Assembly: GCA_002269645.1 (NCBI GenBank)
Contig: NIVC01002130.1
Coordinates: 1 to 64,000, forward strand
Reading direction: 5' to 3'
Origin: Macrostomum lignano
Lineage: Eukaryota
Length of the DNA: 64,000 nt
Shown: positions 49,770 through 60,293 of the stretch, in pieces
Layout of the letters: the number at the start of each line of letters is the position of its first letter
Numbering within the stretch: position 1 is the first letter of the stretch
Made by a program: the position numbers and the translations under genes
Notes under the pieces: generated by a model
Told to the model about the DNA's origin: nothing
Database searches by the model: none
The model's input: the letters and a program-made list of their open reading frames with translations, nothing else

Positions 49770-50110
49770 ATATAACCATGGCCGGTAAGGGTCATGACAG
49801 GGGATCGAATATCCTTCCGATTTTGCTTCAATTTGCTTCGATTTTGCTTCAGAAGGACGTACGTTTCTGAGCCTGCGAGAGGGGCACGGAACCGCGCGCG
49901 GCACGAGATTGCCGGGGTTTTGGGTGCCCGCCCATCTGTCCCTGTGGAGGGAAGTCAGCCCAGTCATCGATCTGACGATTGATGACCGTCGAGGGCATAG
50001 GGACCAAGGGGGCAGGGCCAAAGAAAGAGCCAGCTAGAGCCGCCCCTCTTGGCGAGGGTGTCTGCCAGCTCATTCCCCGGAAACCCTGCGCGTGCCCTGG
50101 GATCCATCAG
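49770..50110 (-). mobile_element. non-LTR retrotransposon (RNase H-containing clade) 3' fossil
   Basis: WIPGH[+2 nt]AGFPGNELADTLAKRG is the RNase H C-terminal motif. Downstream LKQNRKDIRSPVMTLTGHG matches the TGH motif that precedes the CCHC knuckle. Confidence 0.8.
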
Positions 50111-52674
50111 TAAGCACAAATTTTTATGAGGAAGAAAAAAGCCTATGTTGTTGGCACTGACAAAACTCAATTTCATTTTCATCAAACTCCAACTCTTTAT
50201 TGACAATTGATTGACGCAACTTTTAAAAACCTGATTTACTTTCGTCAAAGTACGTCAAAATCGTCAATCTACTGCCATAATTTAGTCAGATGTATGTTTC
50301 AGCAAAAGAACGTTAAGTTTGCTGGGACTGGGAACCAAGAGCAGATGGAATAAAACACCTCCCCCCAACCGCGGAGGGGTGGGCGCCCTTCAAACCAAAA
50401 TGAGACTTCAGAGCGTATACATGCGGCGGGGACATGCACATAAAGAGCATGAAAGAGCACAAAGAGCATGATATTGAAAAGGAGTTTGTCTAAAATAAAT
50501 GTAGATTTACATTTATAGAGCCAAAAGTGTCAAAGTTGAACTTCGAATTGTCTAAAGTGAAGTGTAGTTTGAATGAAATCGAAGGTAAAATGGTATATTA
50601 TATTAACCGAAACGTCTGTTCACCGAAACTTTCGGTTCCCAAGCCGAACATAATAAACCCCGAACCCGAAAAAATTGGTAAATGGAAGAAACTAATATTT
50701 AATATTTTAAAAGAGCAACTGAAATAACAAAATACGTCAATGAACTTGTGGGCAAAACCCTTAAAAAACAAAAAATAATTTTGTGGCTCAGAAAATTGTT
50801 TTTAGTACATTATTAGGTACGGACCTGTGTTGTAATTTTTAAAGCTGACGAAATAAAATGTGCTTGCGAACTTGCACTTGTGTCGGAGTCGTCATTGGTA
50901 ATAGGCCTATTCTAACATGGTCAATGGTGTAATATTTTGTGCAACTAAGCTAAAAGCAGAGCATTATTGGCATGACGCTGTGGCCCGTGGGGATAATATT
51001 TTTATTATTTGCATAGGACTGTGGGAATAAGCACGGCATATTAATATTATTATATTGCTGCATGACATTAGAATATTATATTATTCAAGGGTGGTGGGGG
51101 GTGGGTGTTGGAATTAAACGAACGAAACTTGAAGATTGCCGAATATTATAATTGGGCCTGTAGCGGTAGTTACATTGGTCATTGAGTGAAAAAATCACTT
51201 TTCAGTATTTTCACTTGTTTTTCATTTTAATTATATGCTAGGGCCTATATAAAAAGAGATTTACACTTTTTTGGGGGAGCTTACACCAAGTGTTGGACTT
51301 CACTTACTATTCCTTTTTTTAAATTCTTATTAGGCCTGAGCCCTAGTAGGACTTAGAAATCCCTATGAACCATTAAGCCCCCAAAGTCCTGAATATGCAT
51401 AATGTATGCAAATTGTTTGTCTTGCATCCATAAAGCTTGGTAGAGGATACATTATCTAGAATAATAAGCATTAAAAATTTTAAGCAAATAAAAAACTTAG
51501 GCTCCTTAAGGCCTATTATATTATATTATACTATGTAATATTATGCATATGCAATGCAATAGGCCCTATTAGACTGCATGGGACCTTGTTATATATTAAA
51601 ATTTTCTTTACAAAATAGTATTTTCATGAATATAGCTTAAAGTTAAGCAAAAGCATAACATTTAAAACAATAGCCAATAGGGCCTAATCCTTTTGCCATT
51701 TTGGCTTTGATTATTTAAAAAAATTATAACTTATAGATACAAGTAGTAATATAGTCATAAAATAATATTATAATATGTGACAAGCCTTATGGCTCTATCT
51801 TTTTAAATCATAATTGTTGATCTCTGTCTATTAAATTTCCTACAAACTGCCACTAAGTTATGCGTAACTTCTATTTTAGTATTTCTAACTTCTTATTTCC
51901 TAGAATTTCATTTGATATATGTATATCTGGTAGCATCTTATGTATGGCTCTGGTAGTGTCTTATGTATGACTTTGGGGGTCTAGTAGTGGTATATGAATT
52001 AGTCCAATCAGGCATTACCAAGACTAGAGGGTCACAGTGCCTTTCTTAATATGTTTCTACAAATTATTTTGCAATTCCCTCTCTTAGCAACTTCATAGCA
52101 ATTTCTTAGCACTGTTCTTAGCATTGTTCTTAGCCTTTTTAAATGAATTAAGTCACTTAATCCAAAGACTTTGAAAATTTATAGATTGAACTGCTTTTAT
52201 TGCTTGCTATAGTTTTTCATAGATATCCAGACAATTGAGTTTACTTGGCTGCAAAATTGCTCCTATTTATACCCCAAGTTTCCTAATACAATTATAATGA
52301 AAAATATTTCCCCAATTTATTTTGTGTAGTAAAACAAAATATTTGGTGCATTAAAACAAAATACTTATTTTGAGCAATTTCAGTTTTTAAGAAATTGTAC
52401 ATTATTACTTATACAGTATTTGAGCACTATTACAAATACACATAGCCTACACATTAAAAAAACCATGTAATGTAGAACTAAAAAGCATTAATAAAAATGC
52501 TGATTATAATATATAAAAAGTTATAAAAATTCTAATTTGTCTAGGCCTATAAGAGATTGATAGGAATCTTTTATTAACTTTTGTTAAATCTACTTTAGTT
52601 GAGTAAAGCTATTGATAAAGATATTTTTAAATAAAAGCTTGAATATAACTATAGGTTATTACATTAATAAATTA

Positions 52675-52979
52675 GCCCCTTCATACATGTGCAACCTCCA
52701 AAATTTGGTTGGCCATGCAACTTAGTTTTAACAAAAATGCAACATAGTTTTTCGCCAAAAATGCGACTTACATGTAAACAAAACCTAAAGCAAATTTAAT
52801 GCAAATTTGGGTAAATGGCAGGAATAACTATGACTGTCTTATTAAGACAGAATGCCTTGTCATCTACTTAGTATTACTTTGATATTTATTCGGGTGGGCA
52901 TTTTTGCAACTTACATTGGTTGGCCGCCAAATCAGTTGATTGGCCGACTCAGCCGACTGTTGCGCATGTATGAGCCCCT
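52675..52979. mobile_element. ~305-bp MITE, possibly PIF/Harbinger type (TTA flanks)
   Basis: TIR tcatacatg(t/c)gcaac. TTA at 52672-52674 and 52980-52982. Retains 7 CpG. Confidence 0.6.
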
Positions 52980-53652
52980 TTACATTTAAATTAACTCTTA
53001 ACCAATCAATAATATGAAATATAGTATATAAAATTTAAATTTATTCTTAAATTATATCCATTAAAATAAAAATCCCATGACCTATACTCCTATTGGAGGC
53101 AATTTTATTATAACCAATTTCTTAATCAATTAGACCCATTGTCATTTCTTTATTAAAGTTATTAGATATTTTAAAAAGGTAAAAATGAGAAAATCAAAAG
53201 CAAATATATCTTGACATTGATGCAATATAAATCAAATCTAGCTTTTTATATAGTCTTATGCTATAGTAGTCAAGTCAGGATCATGTCTATTATGCACTAA
53301 GAAAAGTTTTAGTGTTACCAAAATTAAGTCAATTTGAATAAGCTAAGCTAATAAACTAACATTTAATGATTTTTTATTAATATTTCTAAATGTTTCCAAA
53401 TATAAAAAAAATCATAAAGAAACAAAACAAATGCAAATGTAAAATAAATATTTTTTTTAAATAAGAAAGTAAATAAAAAAATGATAAAGCTTGTCATTGT
53501 AGTATGAAACTAGCTAGGCTTTGCAATATTAGATAGAGTCTATGCTAAGAATAACACTAGGCCTAGGCCTCCTGCCTATCAGCTTGTTAATGGCCTACCA
53601 AGTATTAGTGTGGCAGCAATAGCTAGTCACTAGTCACTAGAATTTCACTTAC

Positions 53653-54075
53653 TGCTTCTTTGATAAAGATCATAGTCTATTGGACATAGAAGCTCTATAG
53701 CTGGTCTTAAGCAATATTGGCCTAGTTTCTTCTGTGGCCATGAATGACAATAAAGTGTTACACCTGTTGTTTTGCCTATAGAATTTCCAGGTCATTGTCC
53801 TATAATGTCTTGTTGATATGCTTTCTGCCTTGGTAGGATAGCTACTATGTTTTCAATACCACTAGTAAAGAAGTCAATAGACTGGGGTTGTAGCATATAC
53901 TCTACCTAAGAAAGGCTATCCAAGTCTCCAGTTTCTTGGTCAACCTAGAGCAAGTATAGTGGGGAAGGCTTTAGCTTAGTCCAGCATTGGTCAATGTCAC
54001 AGGCCATTAGGCTATGGTTAGACTTCATGCAAATAGGGTAGAAGAATTAGTCTAGCTATGTGGTCTGCTTGCTAG
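53653..54075 (-). pseudogene. fossil coding exon, identity unknown
   Basis: About 140-codon frame with 5 stops (TAG/TAA/TGA), ending at CA|GTAAGT. Excess CTA/ATA/GTA/TAT codons and zero CpG at about 40% GC. Confidence 0.5.
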
Positions 54076-54267
54076 CAGGGGCGTAGCTAGGATTTCCTAT
54101 GGGAGGATACACCAAAGTGGATTTTTTAAGGGGGGGATATACCAAGGTAAAAGTGCTATGACAGAGTCACATGATAGCATGTATAGCAACAAAGGGCAAC
54201 AAAAAAGTTTTGGTCAGGCTCTTCAAGGGAGGATATATCCCCATTATCCCCCCTCCCTACGTCCCTG
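54076..54267. mobile_element. 192-bp hAT-type MITE
   Basis: TIR CAGGGGCGTAG / CTACGTCCCTG (10/11). Perfect 8-bp TSD CTTGCTAG at 54068-54075 and 54268-54275. Confidence 0.9.
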
Positions 54268-55819
54268 CTTGCTAGGGCCTTAAAAAATCAAGAGCTTACA
54301 GAGATACTGCTTTAACATATATAATATATGCAACATAATGAAAGGTTCTTTAAATTATATATTATTATAGTCAATGATATATCCTTTTATAGCTTACATT
54401 TTTTGTATTTTTCCTATTAATCTAATCTTACTATTGATGAACCTACAAGATTTGGGATAATAATATAGATATCATAGAAAAAAGGATATCTGTATTCCAA
54501 AGTATATATATATATCCAGAAAATACACTAGCATTGACTAGGTTAGATATAAATATATTATATAGTTAGTATCATTGGGTGTATTATATGCCCATAGTTT
54601 ATAAACAATTATGCTAACTTAATATTTAAGATACTTGTATTAGTCAATCTTCAATCAAGAAAAAGGCCAAGTGTATATTTATCCTTAATGCCATAAGGTA
54701 TTTATCTTTTGCACTAAATGTATGCAATAATCATGATTATATTGCATAATATAATCAGGTGCAAAAAATAGTAGGCCTAAACTGCAATCATATAAAACAG
54801 ATATAATCATCAAGACAAGTATAAAAAAGAACATAAGGATAGATAAAACTTTTGTTAGTTAAAAAATAAATACAAGTTGCATAATAAAAAGAAACAAAAA
54901 AACCATAAATACTAAGTTGACAATTAAGATTGACCTATAAACTTATTAAAAATGGAATCACTGTTTTTAACATATAGGATAAGATTAGTTCACACTTTAT
55001 TATACAATATATAATTACAATTATATATTGTATTATATATTGTATTATAATTATATAATTACAATGTATATTGTACACTTTAAGATTCTATTTAACCTAA
55101 GATTCTATCTATTAGTTAGACTAGTTAGCTTCCATTGCTCTGAAAATAAATGGAATGGAAATGAATGAATGAAAATAAAAATTGGGCTCTTATCTTACTT
55201 CTATTTGTTAATATAAGAATTTGGCCATATTGTTAATTACCTTTTAGAATAAGCCTATATATCATTTATAGGGCCTTGCATATATAAAAAATCAGATAGC
55301 CATTGAATAGAATGTATACATATTAGATATAGAAAGGTGTTCTCATTTTTATTCTAATATTCTATATAAGGTATAGTCTTATAGCTTTGTATCTATTTAT
55401 GACTTTAAAGAAATTGTTTATAGCAATTGTTGCAAATTATGATGTATCAAGTAAAAAATTGATACAATAAAATTATGCTTATCTAGCATTAAACACTTAG
55501 ATTAGCAATTGAAGACAACTAAATAAAGATAAAAATGAAGTGAATGTACCAAAGTATAAAAGATTATAAATATAACTAGAATACATACATAAAAAATAAA
55601 TGATAAAAAAGTAGAAAGTAGAGAAAGATTTTGAAGAAAAAACAAATATTTTCATATTGTATTTCCAATTACTAATACTATCCATATAGACTGCAGATAT
55701 AGTCTTCTTTATCCTTCCTATTGCTAAATTTACCTGACCTTTAGAAGTACAAAAGTCTACAGACTTCATGTTTACAGATTCCTCAAAACAAATAGTCAAT
55801 GATAATGTCTAAATTTCAA

Positions 55820-56562
55820 GAATCCTAGGAATTCTAAAGATAATAATACTGTAGTGGCCCATGCACAGTCATCAGAAAAATGTGGATTTTCTCTAAGGAA
55901 TCAAAGCAGTGCAAATGCTGATGCACTTTTATTCTTGTCAATTTGCCTTAAGGCTCAAGCATATTTTGGGAAAACAAAACAAGGGAGCAGTGTTCTGGGA
56001 TATACCAATGCCTGCAGAGATATGGCATAAACAAAAGCAAAACTTGAATGGAACAAGAGAGTGGCTTCGCCAAATAAACAATAAGAAAATTGATAATAGT
56101 ATATCAGTGCCATAGTTTGTTGTACTACTTGATGTAATAATGATGCATTAGATCTACCATAATAATGTGGTAGTTGCGGTAGCATGAGGTGGTTTGTATG
56201 TGCATTCTCTTAATGCACAACATGCCCCTATTTCAGAAGCTGCTTACAAATATTACCTATATGTATGGGTTATATGAATAAAGTATAAAATTGCATGGGG
56301 AAACTATTAAAGCATGAATACATCTTTTATTCAGTTTATTGTTAATAGGCAAGGTAGTTATTGCTCACTGCAACTTATGAGAATGCTACTGGGTAAATCT
56401 CTCTTGGGTGGTCAATGGTCTGGCAAACTTCATTGCAGCTGGACCTGTTGGTCTTTGGGCAGCTTGTTTGCATCGGATATTGGAATAGCATCTTCCTTAT
56501 TATCATTGGCATCTAAAGGCAGGTTTTTAGATGCCAGCTGATTAGTGCTAGCTAACTGCAAC
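55820..56562 (-). pseudogene. fossil coding-like sequence, identity unknown
   Basis: Long frames with scattered TAG/TGA/TAA stops (e.g. KRMHIQTTSCYRNYH...; LQLASTNQLASKNLPLDAND...). Acceptor-like gacaatag at 56563. Confidence 0.35.
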
Positions 56563-57714
56563 CTATTGTCAGCAAGAACCCACATTGATTTGATTGAAAT
56601 ATAAATTGTAGAAAATATTCAACCTAATTTGAATAGTATCTTTTTAACTTGAAAAACAGGATACTAATTTAGAATTGGGGTCCAAATTCAATATACCAGA
56701 ATTAACATTGATACACCATGACATACACAATTATATAAAAGCATAGAATTCTTGTTGATTTTGGCTTATATCTATTTGTTTTAAAAAACATTCAAATGAA
56801 TATAAAATTGCTAGACATTTTTGTCTAGTATAGTTTGTGTGGACCTAAAGGGCTAAAACCAAATTAATTTTGTCTAACATTTATTTAATGATGTTTATTG
56901 CTATAAAAATAATTATGTTAATTAATTATAAAAATAATAAAAATAATTAATAAATATTAATTATTTATTCATTTTAATCAATGTTTATTGCAATGTTTTT
57001 TGATGGATACTTGAAAATGAAATTTTTGAGTATTAATTAATATCTTTATCTATATCTTATATCTATAACTTCTTCAGTATATTATATGGTAGTTAGCATC
57101 CAAATGGATTGTGCTATTAGAATGTTTTATTGACCAGTGTATTAGAAAAATATCTGCATTATTCAACAGATTGTAAACACACTATATTTATAGTCATATG
57201 CTGCAATTGTCAATTAAAGCATAAAGTAAGCCAATACATGTCCTCCATTCTTCCACCATAATATCTGTCTGCCTTCAGTTACCTATTGGTGTTTGAATTG
57301 TTGGCAGATAGATTTTTTAATCAGTCTGAAATCTTGTCGACTGTAAATTGGTGGTTACATTAATTGCATTCAATTGTGGTATGATAATAATTATAATTGT
57401 GCCTAGAGGGTTACAACTATAGATGCCATCCAGCTCTATTGTTGGCCCTATTCATATTACTATTAGTATTAGGCTTGATATTATGCACATACTATAACAA
57501 CTAGATGTGTCACTCGCAATTAAGTTGTGAAAACACAGAGCGTTCACTCTTTGCCATTAGTTTGTCTGCGCAGTGTCATTTAAATTTAATATGGTAGCAA
57601 ACATTTCCTTTCCTTTCTCGGGATTTGTGGCCTCTATATGGGGTTAAAAATGAGCAGGCATTCAACTCGATGTACGAGCGTACACAAGTGTACGCAAGAC
57701 AGACCGAAACAGAA

Positions 57715-57950
57715 CCTAGGGGACAGGCTCAATCTAGCTCAGCCAATGAGAGAGCAGTAAGGAGAGAGAGGGGGGTCAAAGTCAGACGCACAATACTCAG
57801 TCTAGCGGGCAGGCCCAATCTATCAATAACTCAGCCAATGAGAGAGCAGTAAGGAGAGAGTTCAAAGTCAGACGGACGAAACTCAGTCAAGGGGGCAGTC
57901 CCAATCTAGCTCAGCCAATGAGAGAGCAGCCAAGGAGAGGTCAACGTCAG
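57715..57950 (+). promoter_or_regulatory. three-copy repeat each carrying an NF-Y-type CCAAT box (AGCCAATGAG)
   Basis: ctcagccaatgagagagcag at about 57739, 57830 and 57909, roughly 300-470 bp upstream of the first exon of the RBM33-like gene. Confidence 0.5.
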
Positions 57951-58209
57951 AAGGAAGCGGTCAAGAAGAAAACCTGACTGTTTATTGGCCTGGTGGGGGG
58001 CTTGGGGCAGCCACCCCTTTTCTCTCTTGTTCACTCTGCACACGCACTGGAATGAGTTTAAGTTTTCCCACAATTCAAATCTGAGACATTCTTGACTCTT
58101 GAGTCGGTAAAACAGGATGAAGATGCTAATTAAATGGGTCTGCTTGTAGAAAGCCAGAGGTGATTGTTGAATTTTGAAGAACTTTAAATATCTTGTAAAA
58201 CTTCACCGC

Positions 58210-58344
58210 ATGTTGCGAGCGACATATCTAGTCATTCTCATATCTGTGGTTATTGCACTGTCAGGTAAGTATATAACCTTCAAATTTATGATCTTGTTTT
58301 ACCTTAATAAACACTATTATTGCTTTTATATAGGACATGAATGA
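58210..58344 (+). CDS. spliced 21-aa hydrophobic uORF (MLRATYLVILISVVIALSGHE), join 58210-58264, 58334-58344
   Basis: Donor G|GTAAGT at 58265, acceptor tttatatag at 58333. Its stop overlaps the downstream ATG (ATGA). Confidence 0.4.
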   Translation: MLRATYLVILISVVIALSGKYITFKFMILFYLNKHYYCFYIGHE

Positions 58345-58454
58345 CAACCGCATATTCTGATGCTAATGCCATCCTTGCCGATAAACTAAACCCTGCACTG
58401 TCCATGACAGATACATTATTATTCCAGAAATGGCTAGATCGCCAAGCAGGCACT
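58341..58454 (+). CDS. RBM33-like protein, putative first coding exon
   Basis: ATG at 58341, 38 open codons, donor ACT|GTGAGT in phase 0. Confidence 0.5.
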
Positions 58455-58704
58455 GTGAGTACTATATTCCTATTATTATTATTAATATTAATCCATATTT
58501 AATAAGTTGTCTCCTAGTTCTTGTTAGCCCATTGATAAATGCAGACTGCAGCTTTGACAACTTGCAAGTGAGTGAAATTGTTAGTCGAGTGAAAGTTAGT
58601 TGTGTTATTAGCCCTCCGGGCATGTTGCTGCTCATGCCGGCTTGAGCTGAACAGTGGACTTTGTTGTCTCCCATAATTGGTAGTTGCTCAGTCCGGCACT
58701 GTAG

Positions 58705-58918
58705 CCATCTATTCCATTCCGTTTAGCCATCGAGTCCCCTGAGCGGCTCGACTTCAACGAAGATGATGACGATCTGAACCTGCTGGGCGACCCGGGGACC
58801 AGCGGAAAGAAAATCTCCCTCACCCAGGAAGAGGAGGCTGAGCTGCTTGGCTCTACAGATGACGAAGCAGATACGGAATCGCCTATGATTATTAGCCAAG
58901 AGGATCCGAATGCTGTGG
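58705..58918 (+). CDS. RBM33-like protein, acidic N-terminal exon
   Basis: DDDDLNLLGDPGTSGKKISLTQEEEAELLGSTDDE resembles the remembered RBM33 segment DDLLGEDLLSGKK..LSDEELNDDLLQSDNE. Donor G|GTGAGT in phase 1. The acceptor could be 58705 or 58727. Confidence 0.7.
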
Positions 58919-60155
58919 GTGAGTTCCTGATGGAGGGGCGGGGCACTGAGGTTCCTGATGGAGGGGTGGGGGGCACTGAGGTTCCTGATGGAGGGGTGGG
59001 GCACTGAGGTTCCTGATGGAGGGGTGGGGCACTGAGGTTCCTGATGGAGGGGTGGGGCACTGAGGTTCCTGATGGAGGGGTGGGGCACTGAGGTTCCTGA
59101 TGGAGGGGTGGGGCACTGAGGTTCCTGATGGAGGGGTGGGGGGCACTGAGGTTCCTGATGGAGGGGTGGGGCACTGAGGTTCCTGATGGAGGGTGGGGGG
59201 CACTGAGGTTCCTGATGGAGGGGTGGGGCACTGAGGTTCCTGATGGAGGGGTGGGGGGGCACTGAGGTTCCTGATGGAGGGGTGGGGCACTGAGGTTCCT
59301 GATGGAGGGGTGGGGCACTGAGGTTCCTGATGGAGGGGTGGGGCACTGAGGTTCCTGATGGAGGGGTGGGGCACTGAGGTTCCTGATGGAGGGGTGGGGC
59401 ACTGAGGTTCCTGATGGAGGGGTGGGGCACTGAGGTTCCTGATGGAGGGGTGGGGCACTGAGGTTCCTGATGGAGGGGTGGGGCACTGAGGTTCCTGATG
59501 GAGGGTGGGGCACTGAGGTTCCTGATGGAGGGGTGGGGCACTGAGGTTCCTGATGGAGGGGTGGGGCACTGAGGTTCCTGATGGAGGGGTGGGGCACTGA
59601 GGTTCCTGATGGAGGGGTGGGGCACTGAGGTTCCTGATGGAGGGGTGGGGCACTGAGGTTCCTGATGGAGGGGTGGGGCACTGAGGTTCCTGATGGAGGG
59701 GTGGGGCACTGAGGTTCCTGATGGAGGGGTGGGGCACTGAGGTTCCTGATGGAGGGGTGGGGCACTGAGGTTCCTGATGGAGGGGAGGGGGCACTGAGGT
59801 TCCTGATGGAGGGGTGGAGGGGGCACTGATGTTCCTGATGGAGGGGTGGAGGGGCACTGAGGTTCCTGATGGAGGGGTGGAGGGGGCACTGAGGTTCCTG
59901 ATGGAGGGGTGGAGGGGGGCACTGATGTTCCTGATGGAGGGGTGGAGGGGCACTGAGGTTCCTGATGGAGGAGTGGAGGGGGCACTGAGGGTCCTGATGG
60001 AGGGGGGCACCGATGTTCCTGATGGAGGAGTGGAGGGGCACTGAGGTTCCTGATGGAGGGGTGGAGGGGCACTGAGGTTCCTGATGGAGGAGTGGAGGGG
60101 GCACTGAGGGTCCTGATGGAGGGGTGGAGGGGGCACTGAGGGTTCTGATGGAGAG
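58919..60155. repeat. 28-bp G-rich intronic minisatellite (GGGGTGGGGCACTGAGGTTCCTGATGGA)n
   Basis: Direct. Begins at the splice donor and is the source of the 414-490 aa minus-strand ORFs. Confidence 0.97.
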
Positions 60156-60293
60156 TAGCTAGCAGAGGGGGTAGCTCTGTCACTAGTGAAGCACTTATTG
60201 AGTGTGTCTAACCGGCAATTTTCTCGTCAGCTGGTCTCAGTTCCAGTCAAAACGCTTAGGCTCATAAAAAATGTCAACAATGCAAATTTCTAG

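Larger units (their letters stand above)
51180..57510. other. CpG-depleted, TpA-enriched hypermutated domain
   Basis: About 5 CpG in about 5.8 kb outside two MITEs (manual count). CpG is plentiful immediately on both sides. Confidence 0.85.

Noticed and set aside
51180-57510. NUMT or bacterial-insert explanation of the AT-rich block
   Set aside because: No mitochondrial or bacterial gene motifs. It contains GT-AG-type signals and eukaryotic MITEs. Not fully excluded without searches.
58632-60183. 414-490 aa Pro-rich minus-strand ORFs
   Set aside because: Translation of the 28-bp intronic array, antisense to a supported gene.
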